A stretch of 64,000 nucleotides of DNA from Candidatus Bathyarchaeota archaeon (GTDB lineage: Archaea > Thermoproteota > Bathyarchaeia > Bathyarchaeales > Bathycorpusculaceae): assembly GCA_963717465.1 (NCBI GenBank), contig OY970340.1:1152001-1216000 (forward strand), given 5' to 3'. How positions within the stretch are numbered: the first letter of the stretch is position 1; every line of letters starts with the position of its first letter. Of this stretch, positions 21,168-32,246 are shown one piece after another. The notes beneath the pieces are model-generated. The model was given only the letters and a program-made list of their open reading frames with translations. It made no database searches and was not told where the DNA came from. A program made the position numbers and the translations under genes.

Positions 21168-21217
21168 AGACCTCTTGAGTGCAAGTCAAGCGTTCATACC
21201 AACTGAACTACCGGCCC
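21144..21217 (-). tRNA. tRNA-Ala (anticodon UGC)
   Basis: GGGCCGG...CCGGTCCA acceptor stem with the G3:U70 alanine identity pair; anticodon arm CTTGA-CT-TGC-AC-TCAAG; T-loop GTTCAAATC; no encoded CCA. Confidence 0.97.
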
Positions 21218-21341
21218 TTGCCTTTCCTCTCTTCGCCCCAGAATATTTAGTTTTTGCAAAGAAAAGACAAGAAAAAACAGGTTAAATCTAACTAAAAATA
21301 AAATGGATTAATAATAAACTAATGATGGTCAAGCGTTAAGC

Positions 21342-21485
21342 TTAATATCGTCTTGGCCTTGCTGGTCGTTTCTTTGCCCAGCATTCCCGGCAGTAAACTG
21401 GTCTGCTTGGATCAGGTTTGAATGGGACTTCACATTCCTGACCACATTCAGAGCAAGTTGCCTTATGCATTTCTTTTCCGGACAC
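21342..21485 (-). CDS. CxxC-x17-CxxC domain protein (47 aa)
   Basis: MSGKEMHKATCSECGQECEVPFKPDPSRPVYCRECWAKKRPARPRRY; below the ORF-track cutoff but matches the family signature. Confidence 0.9.
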   Translation of the reverse strand: MSGKEMHKATCSECGQECEVPFKPDPSRPVYCRECWAKKRPARPRRY

Positions 21486-21702
21486 TATTTCAACTCCATT
21501 ATCTGTTTATGGTGCACTACTATCAGTGCACATTTATTGCACTAGCATTGAAGAATATAAAATTTGTCGTAACAGAAACAAAACAAACAATTCACCAAGA
21601 AAAATTATCTCCATAAATTCGCTAGAAGCGACAGCAGAAACAAGTTTATTTAAAAAGTTAAATTCCCAAAAGTGCACAGACTATCATTAGGAGTAATTTA
21701 AC

Positions 21703-22188
21703 ATGGAGCTCAAAACAGTACAGATAAGTCCTCCAAAAGACTGCAACACGATATTGGGCATGGCGCATTTCATAAAAACAGCCGAAGACTTGTATGAAGC
21801 TCTAGTTAATGCAGTTCCAAACATTAAATTTGGAATCGGCTTCTGCGAAAGCTCAGGACCCTGCTTAGTCAGACATGAAGGAAACGAAGCTGACCTTGAA
21901 CAATTAGCATCAGAAAAAGCCTTCGAAATCGCCTGCGGCCACAGTTTTATAATATTCATTAAAAACGCCTATCCGTTAAACGTACTCGATAAAATTAAGA
22001 AAGTGCCCGAAGTCTGCACTATTTACGCAGCAACAGCCAACCCGCTGGAAGTATTAATTGCTGAAACCAGTCAAGGCCGAGGAATAATAGGCCTCGTCGA
22101 CGGCTTCAAAAGCAAAGGAATCGAAACGGACAACGATGTCAAAGAGCGACGCGCATTCTTAAGAACAATAGGCTACAAACTAAACTAA
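21703..22188 (+). CDS. Adenosine-specific kinase family protein
   Basis: [33 protein letters not shown] and [10 protein letters not shown] motifs. Confidence 0.92.
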   Translation: MELKTVQISPPKDCNTILGMAHFIKTAEDLYEALVNAVPNIKFGIGFCESSGPCLVRHEGNEADLEQLASEKAFEIACGHSFIIFIKNAYPLNVLDKIKKVPEVCTIYAATANPLEVLIAETSQGRGIIGLVDGFKSKGIETDNDVKERRAFLRTIGYKLN

Positions 22189-22371
22189 GAAAAATAAGCG
22201 GCATATATTTCTCCTAGACATTCATTTTAATCGGCGGTTTACCGTTCGGTCTAGTTAGTAACCAAGTTTCTGTCTCTGTATGGGAGTTTATTTAGACTTG
22301 TGTGTCAAGTAATTTATTGAAAAAAATTGTTAAGACAAGAGGCGTATTGGTAGAAAATAAGGCTAAGTTAC

Positions 22372-23010
22372 ATGGCAAATAATAAAATGAAAGCTTCAGT
22401 TAAGCCTGTCATTCTTCTAATCGCTTCTTTCTTGGGGATATTAGCTATAAGTTTTTTCTACGTGCCCTTTTTTACTGCAGCAAAAGTTCTATATCCTATC
22501 TTTGTTACACCCACGGTAGCTATTGACCTGTATGGTTTAGTCTTGCCCCTAATTGTTGTTCTCTCATGCACAGCGGTTTACATCAAACAATCGCGCTCCA
22601 AAATAGGTTTTGCAATCGCCTTTTTATGCTGCCTTTTAATTGCATTGTTCACTAGTCAAGTAACAACTGACGGCTTAAGAATCAATGCAGCTTTATTCTC
22701 CTTAGTTGCCAGCTTACTAGTCACGTCTGTATCGGCATCGCTTGCATTAATACGCGACAAAGCGATCAAGTTTAAATCAGTTTTTGTTTCTTCCTTACTT
22801 TTGGGCTCAATCTGCATACCGCTAGCGATGATCCTCATAGACATTTATTCTCTGCAATTTTATGCAGCTGCCGTCATAGGCGGGAACGGTCTCGCTGACG
22901 GAATTCTGCTTTCTACTTTATACTCACCTTTAGCGATAACTTTTGAATTCTCCATACTAGAGCTTGCTTTTTCAGTAGTCAACCAAATAAAACTATTTAT
23001 CAAGGATTAG
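22372..23010 (+). CDS. Multi-pass membrane protein (DUF1614-like)
   Basis: Hydrophobic throughout; IGGNGLADGI resembles the DUF1614 C-terminal motif. Confidence 0.6.
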   Translation: MANNKMKASVKPVILLIASFLGILAISFFYVPFFTAAKVLYPIFVTPTVAIDLYGLVLPLIVVLSCTAVYIKQSRSKIGFAIAFLCCLLIALFTSQVTTDGLRINAALFSLVASLLVTSVSASLALIRDKAIKFKSVFVSSLLLGSICIPLAMILIDIYSLQFYAAAVIGGNGLADGILLSTLYSPLAITFEFSILELAFSVVNQIKLFIKD

Positions 23011-23144
23011 ATTTATTAAAAATTAGACACGGCAGCAATTTTCAAAAACAACGTTTTTACCATGTTTATCACGTTCGCTGATGCCGATGATGTTTTCTAA
23101 ACTTTCTTAAATATTTCAAAGATTGCGCGAGAAACGTTGATGCC

Positions 23145-23594
23145 ATGAATGATTTGCATCTGAAGATCCTAACAAAGAAATTAATAGAGAAGAAAGAAAG
23201 CATGAGTGATTTTTCAAGGTCTACTTTCTGGGTTCTACTCGCCCTAAGTCTGGCAATTTTGGGAATCGACTTTTATATTATTAATCTTCCCCTTTCAGGT
23301 TGGATTTTGCAAGCTATTATCGTCGGTGTGTTTCTCGAGTACCTCAAGCCTAAAAAAACTCTTCTTTTGGTTGCATTAATCGAAATCTTCTTCATCAGCA
23401 GTTACGGTGGTTGGATGACTGTCTTAGCCCTTTTAAGCTTAATTGGGCAAGCATTCTTTTTACCATTAATTGTACTTTTTTACTTTGTTGCAGTTTTAGC
23501 CATCTTCTCGTTTGGAATAATTACCAATCACCTTTTTCACAAAATAAATCTATTCGAAAGATTAACCCGCAGCGGACATTTGCATCTGAATTAA
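23145..23594 (+). CDS. Hypothetical membrane protein
   Basis: About four hydrophobic segments. Confidence 0.6.
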   Translation: MNDLHLKILTKKLIEKKESMSDFSRSTFWVLLALSLAILGIDFYIINLPLSGWILQAIIVGVFLEYLKPKKTLLLVALIEIFFISSYGGWMTVLALLSLIGQAFFLPLIVLFYFVAVLAIFSFGIITNHLFHKINLFERLTRSGHLHLN

Positions 23595-23980
23595 TAGACT
23601 CACGATTTGCTTTTTATCTTCTGAAAGAGTGACTCCAAAAACGCGTACTGCTGCAGTAAAAAGTGCAATGCCATAGCAATTCCACAGTTCTTTGCATAAA
23701 ACCAGTGAACATTACTTTATCTGTCTACAAAACGTCAATCAGATGCTAAAAATGATTTGCTGCAAGACTAAAAAGTGCTTGTAATAAATAACTTGATTTT
23801 ATCAAAAATGTACATAGAAGAAAATAGGATTATTACTAATATATTTCAAAAGATCGCCGCTAATGTGACAAGCCTTCTGCAGTTTATTCAAGTTTTAGAT
23901 AGTTTGCTCTAGAAACGGTTTAAAAGCATGAAAAGCTACAACAAACTTTATTCACTTATGTGAACGCTGGTGGCTGACAA

Positions 23981-26900
23981 ATGGCGGATGGCGCCCCGGG
24001 AAATCCGGAAATATTCAAGATTAAAGATGAGACCCCTTCAGCGCAGCCCCCTGTAACCGCAGAAGAGATTTTAACTGCTCCTGCAGACGAGTTAATGTCC
24101 CGTTTAGATACGTCACCTCAGGGTCTTAGCTCTCAAGAAGCAGAAAAAAGATTAAGCATTTATGGCACTAACGAATTAGCGCGAAAGAAAAAACGTTCTG
24201 CTATTATCAGTTTTCTTCTGCATTTCAAGAGCCCCTTAATCATCATACTTTTGGCCGCTGCGAGCATTCGCAGGAGCTACTGGTGATGTTGCAGATTTTA
24301 CCATAATTTTCGTCATTGTAATAATCAGTGTTAGTATCGACCACTATCAAGAATCAAAAGCGGAAAATTCAGCTGAATTACTTAAAGAAAAAATCAGTAC
24401 AACTGCCACAGTAATTCGTGATAACGTCAAAAGAGAACTTAAACTTTCCCAAATCGTTCCAGGAGACGTCGTCTATCTTTCAGCTGGAGACATAGTTCCG
24501 GCAGATGCAAGAATCCTCACCGCTAAAGATCTTTTCGTGAACCAAAGTGCTCTAACAGGTGAATCCTTCCCCGCTGAAAAGACAGCTAACAGTTTGGATT
24601 TAAAAGATCCATCATCAAGTTCCATTACTGAATGGAACAATTATCTGTTTATGGGCACCTCCGTTGTAAGCGGCACAGCGACAGCAGCGGTGGTTAAGAC
24701 CGGTGGCTCAACAGAATACGGAAAAATTGCGAAAAAACTTGTTACAAAGCCGCCTGAAACAGAGTTTGAAAGAGGCGTAAAAGGATTCAGTTACCTAATC
24801 ATGCAAGTAACCTTTGTACTAATTATCTTCGTTTTTATTGTACTTCTCTGGTTTAAACGTCCCTTTGTTGATTCGTTATTGTTTGCCGCAGCCCTTGCGG
24901 TGGGATTAACGCCTGAACTCTTGCCGATGATTATCACGATGAATCTCTCCAAAGGCGCAGTTAACATGTCAAAAAAAGGCGTAATTGTCAAACACTTGCC
25001 TTCAATCGAAAACTTTGGCAGCATGAACGTTTTGTGTACAGACAAAACTGGAACACTGACTGAAAATCGCATATCGCTTGTTATGCATGTTGATATGGAA
25101 GGCAAGAATAACGATAAAGTTCTTCTATTCTCTTACTTGAACAGCTACTTTCAAACTGGATTAAAAAGCCCTCTTGACGACGCCATACTCGTTCATAAAG
25201 AGGTCGATTATGCAGGTTTCCAGAAAATCGATGAGGTCCCATTTGATTTTGTTCGCAGACGCGTTTCAGTAGTAGTAGAAAAAGAACAGGAAAAATTCTT
25301 CATAGCTAAAGGCGCTCCAGAAGACGTACTGAAAGTCTCAGCTTATTATGAATTTGAGGGTTTACTGTACGATATCAATGAAGAGATTCGGAAAAAGATT
25401 GAGCAGAAATACGTCGATTTAAGTTCTGAAGGCTTAAGGGTCTTAGGAGTAGCATACCGAAAACTTCGAGAAGAAAGAACCACTTACTCAGTTAATGACG
25501 AAACAGATATGGTTTTTCTTGGTTTCATCGCATTTCTTGATCCCCCTAAGCAGACTGCAAAGGAATCGATAGCTCTTCTAGCGAAGGAAGGAATAGAACT
25601 AAAAATTTTAACTGGCGACAATGAATTAGTAACAAGAAACGTTTGTCAACAACTTGGCTTTGAAATCAAAGGAGTTGTTCTTGGTAACGAACTTGTTCAG
25701 ATGCATAATGATTCACTTGCTCGAGTGGTAGAAGAAGCCAATGTTTTTGCTCGAGTAACCCCTGCCCAAAAAGATAGAATAATCAATCTGTTGAAAGACA
25801 ACGGCCATGTTGTTGGCTTCATGGGCGACGGCATTAATGATGCTCCTTCGTTGAAAACCTCCGACGTTGGCGTTTCAGTTAACAACGCAGTAGATGTTGC
25901 AAAAGAAGCAGCCGACATTATCCTTCTAGAGAATGATTTGACGGTACTGGCTGAAGGTGTTACCGAGGGTAGAAAAACATTTGGCAACACCATGAAGTAT
26001 GTAATGATGGGTATTAGCTCAAACTTTGGCAACATGTTTAGCGTTGCTGGAGCAGCGCTCTTTTTGCCGTTTCTCCCGATGACGTCCATACAGATATTGC
26101 TTAACAATCTGCTGTACACACTTTCTCAAACGACAATAGCCACAGACAACGTGGACGAAGAATACATTGAGCGCCCAAAAAGGTGGGATATTTCCTTTAT
26201 ACGAAACTTTATGATAGTTGAAGGTCCCACAAGTTCAATCTTCGATTACATCACCTTCTTCCTTATGATCTTTATTATTCCACTATTTGCAACTTTAATA
26301 CAGCCTATCCAGCAATTTCAAACAGCGTGGTTTATAGAATCACTCTGCACTCAAACATTAGTTGTATTTGTCATTAGGACCAGGCAATCACCGTTCTGGA
26401 AGAGTAGACCCGGCAAGTATTTAACAATCAGCAGTCTCTCAATAGTTGCTGCAGCTCTTATTATTCCATATACGCCATTGGGACCAATATTTCAATTTAC
26501 GCCCCCACCACCACTTTTCTACGTTTTCTTATTGGCGATTATCGTAACATATTTGTTATTAGCTGAAGTAGTGAAGAAAGAATTCTACAAACGGCATTCA
26601 TACAAGATTGAACAGGCATTAGTTCCAAAAAGAAAAGCCTTCTACCTCAATAAAACTGCGCGGTTCGTATTGGATTCAGCAGCCGTAATATGCCTTCGCC
26701 CAGAAAACGAAATTTCATTCGATTCCTTAATTCAGGATTTAGCCAGAAGCATCAACTACCCAATTGAAAAAGACAAAATTGACCAAAGCCTGCAATACCT
26801 AAAGCGCGGCTGGATTCATCGAAGTGGACTGGCACAATCACACAATAAAAAGGACACAAACAATAAGAGAATACATTACAAAGTACGTTGTTCCAAGTAG

Positions 26901-27012
26901 AAGTTGGCAACTAGCATTTGACGATTGGCTGCGCATAAACAATACGATTCAAGAGAAATATGGAAAAACAAACCCTGACTTCCAAGACCTTTTAACACCA
27001 AAGCAACATTAA
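23981..27012 (+). CDS. mgtA: Mg2+-translocating P-type ATPase with C-terminal extension (frameshifts near 24265 and 26808)
   Basis: TGES, AVGLTPELLP, DKTGTLT, PFDFVRRR, KGAPE, TGDN, GDGINDA, SSNFGNMFS and FQTAWFIESL motifs; three ORF pieces join with single-base shifts. Confidence 0.92.
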
Positions 27013-27172
27013 CTGGGCTCATAGGCACCCTTAAAAAAAATGATAACTAGACTATTTTTGCTCTTAAAAACTTTTGAAAAATATTTCAAAAGTATCAATC
27101 TCTGAACAGTTCCTTAACATAACTGAATATGATAGCGGCATTATTCCAAGCAACTAAAAGGGAAGTCTGTAG

Positions 27173-28021
27173 TTATAATTGAAGGACTAAGTATAATATT
27201 GCAATACCTATTGCAATTACTCCAAGTCCAGCTGTCAAATAAACTATTTTTTGTTTCGCGGCGACCTTTATGAGAAAATCTATCAAAAATAAGCTGACTA
27301 TAGTAGAAACGATAATAGCTACAACTAAACCCGTTAATCCTATTGCAGCAATGGATGGAGCAAGATTCGACTTGCTAAATAAAGCTATTCCGAAGGCTCC
27401 GGCGGAAGCAAATATTCCAGCGGTAAAGGATAGTCTAAATGCTTCATCTGGCTTAACTTTTAGTAGTAGCATTGTGCTAGTTGTAATTCCTGATCTGCTT
27501 ACGCCTGGTAGTGCTGCTATGCCCTGTGTGATTCCTACCAACAAGTAGTCCTTGATCGTGAGGTTTTCCAGTTTTCTCGGTGCAATCCCTTGTGCTTGTC
27601 TATTTCTGGAATATCGTATGAGCGCTGCGTCAGCGATTAGAATGACCCCCACTATCAACATGGGGATGCCTATTATGACTCCCGTTATTGAATCTGCGAT
27701 TATGTATAGTGGAACGGCAATCAAGCCAGTAACCACGGTAACGACTAAAACGTAGAAGAACAGTTTTCGTTTATCTTTATCCTTCGAGCCTAACAAAACC
27801 TGCACTAACTTAACTAGATCTTTTCTAAAGTATATTATAGCGGCAACCAGCGTACCAATTTCCATGAATAAGCCAAAAGTATACGCTTGCTGGTACGTGA
27901 GATTTAGAAGAATAGTGGAGGAAATCATAATTTGCGTCTTGCTGCTTATGGGAAGCCACTCTGAAATACCCTGAATAAGACCAATTATTATAGAGTACAG
28001 CAATTGAATAATATTGGACAT
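27173..28021 (-). CDS. uppP: Undecaprenyl-diphosphate phosphatase (BacA/UppP family)
   Basis: QGISEWLPISS and QGIAALPGVSRSG motifs. Confidence 0.92.
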   Translation of the reverse strand: MSNIIQLLYSIIIGLIQGISEWLPISSKTQIMISSTILLNLTYQQAYTFGLFMEIGTLVAAIIYFRKDLVKLVQVLLGSKDKDKRKLFFYVLVVTVVTGLIAVPLYIIADSITGVIIGIPMLIVGVILIADAALIRYSRNRQAQGIAPRKLENLTIKDYLLVGITQGIAALPGVSRSGITTSTMLLLKVKPDEAFRLSFTAGIFASAGAFGIALFSKSNLAPSIAAIGLTGLVVAIIVSTIVSLFLIDFLIKVAAKQKIVYLTAGLGVIAIGIAILYLVLQL

Positions 28022-28363
28022 GTTACCAACAGATACTGTAAGCTTGAAAATAAAGTTTTATCATTAAACCATTCTTAAAGATGAAAGATGTTCGAGGATA
28101 TTGCAAGGTATATTTGCTTTCAAAAAGAGCAATTTTATTTGACTTAACGATTTGAACTGGCAAAAAATTTGTTATTAACAAAACGTCTACAAAATTGGAG
28201 TAAGAAGACAGAATGCTATTCCGCCCTTTTTCCAATGAAAAAAGCAAAAAATCAAAAACACTGCTTAAAGAAAATAACAAAGTATAGGAATAGTTGATGG
28301 ACTAAAGGGCTACAAAATATGCTGTTTAAAAATTGGTATTGTTACAGTGTCATTTAGGCTTCT

Positions 28364-29104
28364 CTATATCGTGAAAGAGAGCGTTGTTTTCCTTCCATTC
28401 TTAAGTTGATATGAGAATTCCACGTTTTTTGAGGTAAGAAAAGAGAAAGAATTGCTAAAATAAAAACAATAATTTCCAGAAGTTTTAATTTGGTAATTAA
28501 AGGATTTAAAATTCGATATAGTCTCTTGATATTTAGGTCTTAACGAATTAACTGTTCCTTTATACCCAAGAACGCCAAAGTAAATGTCATTGTTGCCGCC
28601 TGCAACTTTAATATCCAAATGTACTTTCTGTCCTTTTCTAAGTGCTAATACAATCCTTTGAACTCTGGGTTCACTGCTCATTTTTTCCATAACTTGTGGT
28701 CTTATTAATCCTAAGTATCCTCTCCGTCGTTTTATTTTAGATGGCGTTTTGTTAAGTTTTGATGCTAAAATATTATCATCCATGCTAAGGAAATTTCTAA
28801 AAAGAAATTCATCCTCAATGGCTGACCAATTTTCATTACCAACTGTATTCTCTTTTTTGTATTGCCAACTATACTTCCAAGAATCCCCGAAGCCATTTTT
28901 AAGCAGATAAGCAGAACGCTTTTGTTCGTCAGAAAGTGTAGCGTAGGCTTCATTGATTTCTTTCATTTTTTCTTCAGCATCAGACGACTTGTTGCGATCG
29001 GGATGATACTTCATTGCAAGTGATCGATAAGCAGCTGTTATCTGGTCATCGGAGGCATCTTTCGGTATACCAAGCACATCAAAGTAATCCCTTTTTTCAG
29101 CCAT
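28364..29104 (-). CDS. J-domain protein with C-terminal GOLD/p24-like beta-sandwich
   Basis: RDYFDVLG...KYHPDRN...[12 protein letters not shown]-domain; [19 protein letters not shown] at the C-terminus. Confidence 0.8.
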   Translation of the reverse strand: MAEKRDYFDVLGIPKDASDDQITAAYRSLAMKYHPDRNKSSDAEEKMKEINEAYATLSDEQKRSAYLLKNGFGDSWKYSWQYKKENTVGNENWSAIEDEFLFRNFLSMDDNILASKLNKTPSKIKRRRGYLGLIRPQVMEKMSSEPRVQRIVLALRKGQKVHLDIKVAGGNNDIYFGVLGYKGTVNSLRPKYQETISNFKSFNYQIKTSGNYCFYFSNSFSFLTSKNVEFSYQLKNGRKTTLSFTI

Positions 29105-29228
29105 CTGCTTTATCACTTGATTAAGAAAATAAAAGCTAACAGATTAAGACTTTATCCTTGCAGAATGCTGCATAATACCTTCTGAACACTAAACTTTTTA
29201 AACAAAAAAAGAGATGAGGATATTCTTA

Positions 29229-30129
29229 CTAAGAAGCGTCTAAGTTTGCAGCTGCAGATCGCTAGGTCGCAAATGTCAATTCTGCCGTGTTGAGCGAAAT
29301 CTAAGCTTTGATCATATCTTACTTGACCGAAAATTGAATGAAAGTCTGATAGAATGCTCTTTAGTTCTGAGGGGGTAACAGTGGCATTGGTTAACGTACC
29401 ATCTTGAACGTTAGGATTCAATGCGAAGGGGCAAATCATTTTTTTAGTCTGGATAATCCTATCAAATGTGACTGTTCCAGATATAGTGTCAACGCCAGTT
29501 ATTGAAAGAGTGAAGTTTTCCCAGCCACCTGTAACTGTTAGTGTTCCTATTGTATTGGTTGCTAAGGGTACCAGTGTTTGATCATTGTTAATGCTTACAA
29601 TATTGCCATCAGCATCAGTAATTACAGTGTGGACATTGGTGACATTCCAAACATTCCACGTGCCATTCAAGTAAAAGTCATTTCCATTATAATCCAAAGC
29701 AGCATAAGAGGCATTAGTCAGTCTGGCCGTGTAGTAGGTATACGTAAAGTTTTCGCTTTCACGCACTGAAGCAGTCGGTACTGAACCATTAGTAGTCCAT
29801 ATTGCGGTAGAGGAGGACCACTGTTCATCTGTATTGTTAATAGATAATCCCTGAGTTTGTGCCGTAAGTGTACCTGTAGCGTTGCTTGATCCAAAGGTTG
29901 TTATTGAGCCTACCATGCGAACATATTCTTGTTGAAGACTAGTGTTCCTTGAATCGTTCAAAGCCTTAATCCAAGTGAAAATCGGCGCCGGCGAGAATAA
30001 AGCGTTGTTGTTACAAGTGTTGTTAGAAGAGTTGGTATTTTGAGTGTTCGAAGCGAATGCTCCTGCAGTTATGCTAAGGATACTTGCTGCAAAAATTGTC
30101 AACAATATTATTGCTAATTTTTTCTTCAT
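29229..30129 (-). CDS. Secreted protein with C-terminal dockerin-like repeats (frameshift near 29260)
   Basis: Signal peptide and many N-glycosylation sequons; YDQSLDFAQHGRIDICDLA, then after a 1-nt shift SAAANLDAS*. Confidence 0.65.
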
Positions 30130-30445
30130 TTCTTTTGCACCTTTTTCTGTAATTCACTACTTGCTTGCCAGAAATAAAAGCATTTCTGAAGCCCTTTTAG
30201 TTAAATAACCTTTATAACAGTTCATTTTAGTTCATTAACGTTCAATCAGGTTTTATTTATTTTTAACCCTTTAATTTAGTCAGAGTTTGCTCAAAATAAT
30301 ATGTTTTTAAACGCAATCGTTGATCTTAAGATTTTACTAATGATGATACTGATACTAAGTGCGGCGGGCGGCTCTATTGCGAAATTTGAGTCTAAATATA
30401 GAATCCTTAAATACGCATGATAAAATAATGCCTACACTGGTATAG

Positions 30446-31393
30446 ATGAAGCATCAGATTCTCGCTACCCTTTTCGTAACTATGGCTATAGTGCTATTTT
30501 TAGCACCTATAGGTAGCGCTCAAGCTCAAACCCAGACTTCACTTCAGTATAAAGTGCAACTTAGTAGTGACAGGTCAGCGGTTTGGACAATAACACAAAC
30601 TTCAGACCTAAACGGAACAGTCGACACATGGAGCAGTTTCCAGAGTAAAGTGACATCACTTGTCTTAACATGCGCAAACCAGACAGGCAGGCAAATGAGC
30701 GTTGACAATGACTCACTTCAAATAAGCACCGTAACATCAGGGGATTCAAAAACAACCGAGTACACGTTCACTTGGTTGAACTTTAGCGAAACACAAAATG
30801 GGCAGCTTATCGTTGGAGACGTCTTTGGAAATTCAAGTTTCTTCGACCAATTGTATGGGGTTGGCTATAATGACGTTGGTTATTCGTTCCAAATTAACTA
30901 CCCTGCCAATTATTATGTAGGATCAATTAAACCTTCACCAAATTCTGAGGATAATTATACGCAAACCTTGCAATGGTTTGATGTATCATTATTCATAAAT
31001 GGAAGCCCAAAGATCGTCTTTCAAGTAAACCCACAAACCGCATCCCCTTCAGGACAGACGCCCTATGTTCTCATAGCTCTCATTGCATCAGTTATAGCTA
31101 TAGGGCTTTCTGGTGGCTTCTTGTTTGTAACTCGACGCAAAAATCGCAAGGGCTCAGAACCCGCTATCTCACCTGCGGTTTTACTTGAAACTGAGGAAGA
31201 GAAAGTCCTAAGAGTTCTCCGTTCGAACGGTGGTACCGCCTATCAATCTGCAATTACAGAACAATGCAAATTTTCTAAAGCTAAAACAAGTCAGTTGCTC
31301 ACTGCCCTGGAGAAGAAGGGTTTTGTGAAAAGGTATAAAAAGGGACGGGATAAAATAGTCAACATCACCGAAAACGCCAAGAGGAATAATTAG
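30446..31393 (+). CDS. Membrane-anchored transcriptional regulator (extracellular domain, TM helix, C-terminal wHTH)
   Basis: Signal peptide, TM helix, then EEKVLRVL...YQSAITEQCKFSKAKTSQLLTALEKKG.VKR.KKGRDKIV. Confidence 0.85.
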   Translation: MKHQILATLFVTMAIVLFLAPIGSAQAQTQTSLQYKVQLSSDRSAVWTITQTSDLNGTVDTWSSFQSKVTSLVLTCANQTGRQMSVDNDSLQISTVTSGDSKTTEYTFTWLNFSETQNGQLIVGDVFGNSSFFDQLYGVGYNDVGYSFQINYPANYYVGSIKPSPNSEDNYTQTLQWFDVSLFINGSPKIVFQVNPQTASPSGQTPYVLIALIASVIAIGLSGGFLFVTRRKNRKGSEPAISPAVLLETEEEKVLRVLRSNGGTAYQSAITEQCKFSKAKTSQLLTALEKKGFVKRYKKGRDKIVNITENAKRNN

Positions 31394-32119
31394 ATGCGTT
31401 CATATCGACGTAAATTGAGCATAATTTTGCTAATAATCGCCGCTTTCATGATTATTGTTGCACCCCTTCAACTAGCTAAAGCTCAGGACACAACCACTAT
31501 CAGTGTTAGCCCGCAGACAACAACAGCAAGCGTGGGACAAACTGTGTCGGTCAAAATTGATGTTACTGATGTGCAAGGTCTCTACGCACTTGACCTAAAC
31601 CTTGACTATAACAGTTCCGTGCTTCAATTGACAAGTGCTCAACCTGACTTAGGCACTAATTCTATCGCTAGCGGCGGTGTCTTGTACGGTAATCCATTAA
31701 CAACTAACATCAACAATCTTCAATCAGGGGGCTTATACTATAACTCAACAATATCTTCAGGCAGCTATGAGCTTATTGCAACTTCTGCAGCCTCAGAAGG
31801 CTTCAGCGGAAGCGGAACAATCGTAACATTAAAGTTCACAGTAACAAATACGGGGCAATCAAACATAACAATAATTGATGCAAACGAAACGCTGGCAAAC
31901 GATGCAGCACTGAATTCCGGTGATACATCAGAGTACATTACCCCAGTTAATGCAGTAAACGGTTTAGTTAACGCTACAGCATCATCTACTTCAAGTTCAA
32001 ATCCGTTCTCAACTAATTTCCTCTTGTTACTCATTATAATTGTCATCATAGCGGTCATAGTGATCGCCGTCGCAATTACGTTGTCAAGAAGAAAGCCAAA
32101 AGTAACCAACACAAGTTAA
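31394..32119 (+). CDS. Cohesin-domain surface protein with C-terminal TM anchor
   Basis: VGQTVSVKIDVTDVQGLYALDLNLDYNSSVLQ...FSGSGTIVTLKF cohesin pattern. Confidence 0.8.
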   Translation: MRSYRRKLSIILLIIAAFMIIVAPLQLAKAQDTTTISVSPQTTTASVGQTVSVKIDVTDVQGLYALDLNLDYNSSVLQLTSAQPDLGTNSIASGGVLYGNPLTTNINNLQSGGLYYNSTISSGSYELIATSAASEGFSGSGTIVTLKFTVTNTGQSNITIIDANETLANDAALNSGDTSEYITPVNAVNGLVNATASSTSSSNPFSTNFLLLLIIIVIIAVIVIAVAITLSRRKPKVTNTS

Positions 32120-32246
32120 AAAACAAACGTTAATAAAAATTAAGACACAATTTAAATGATTTTTCAATCATTTTATAATCAGCGGTATAGTTTTGAAGCG
32201 ATAGATAAATAAAGGATATTGTGGCTCAAAAAGTTGGAAATTAACG

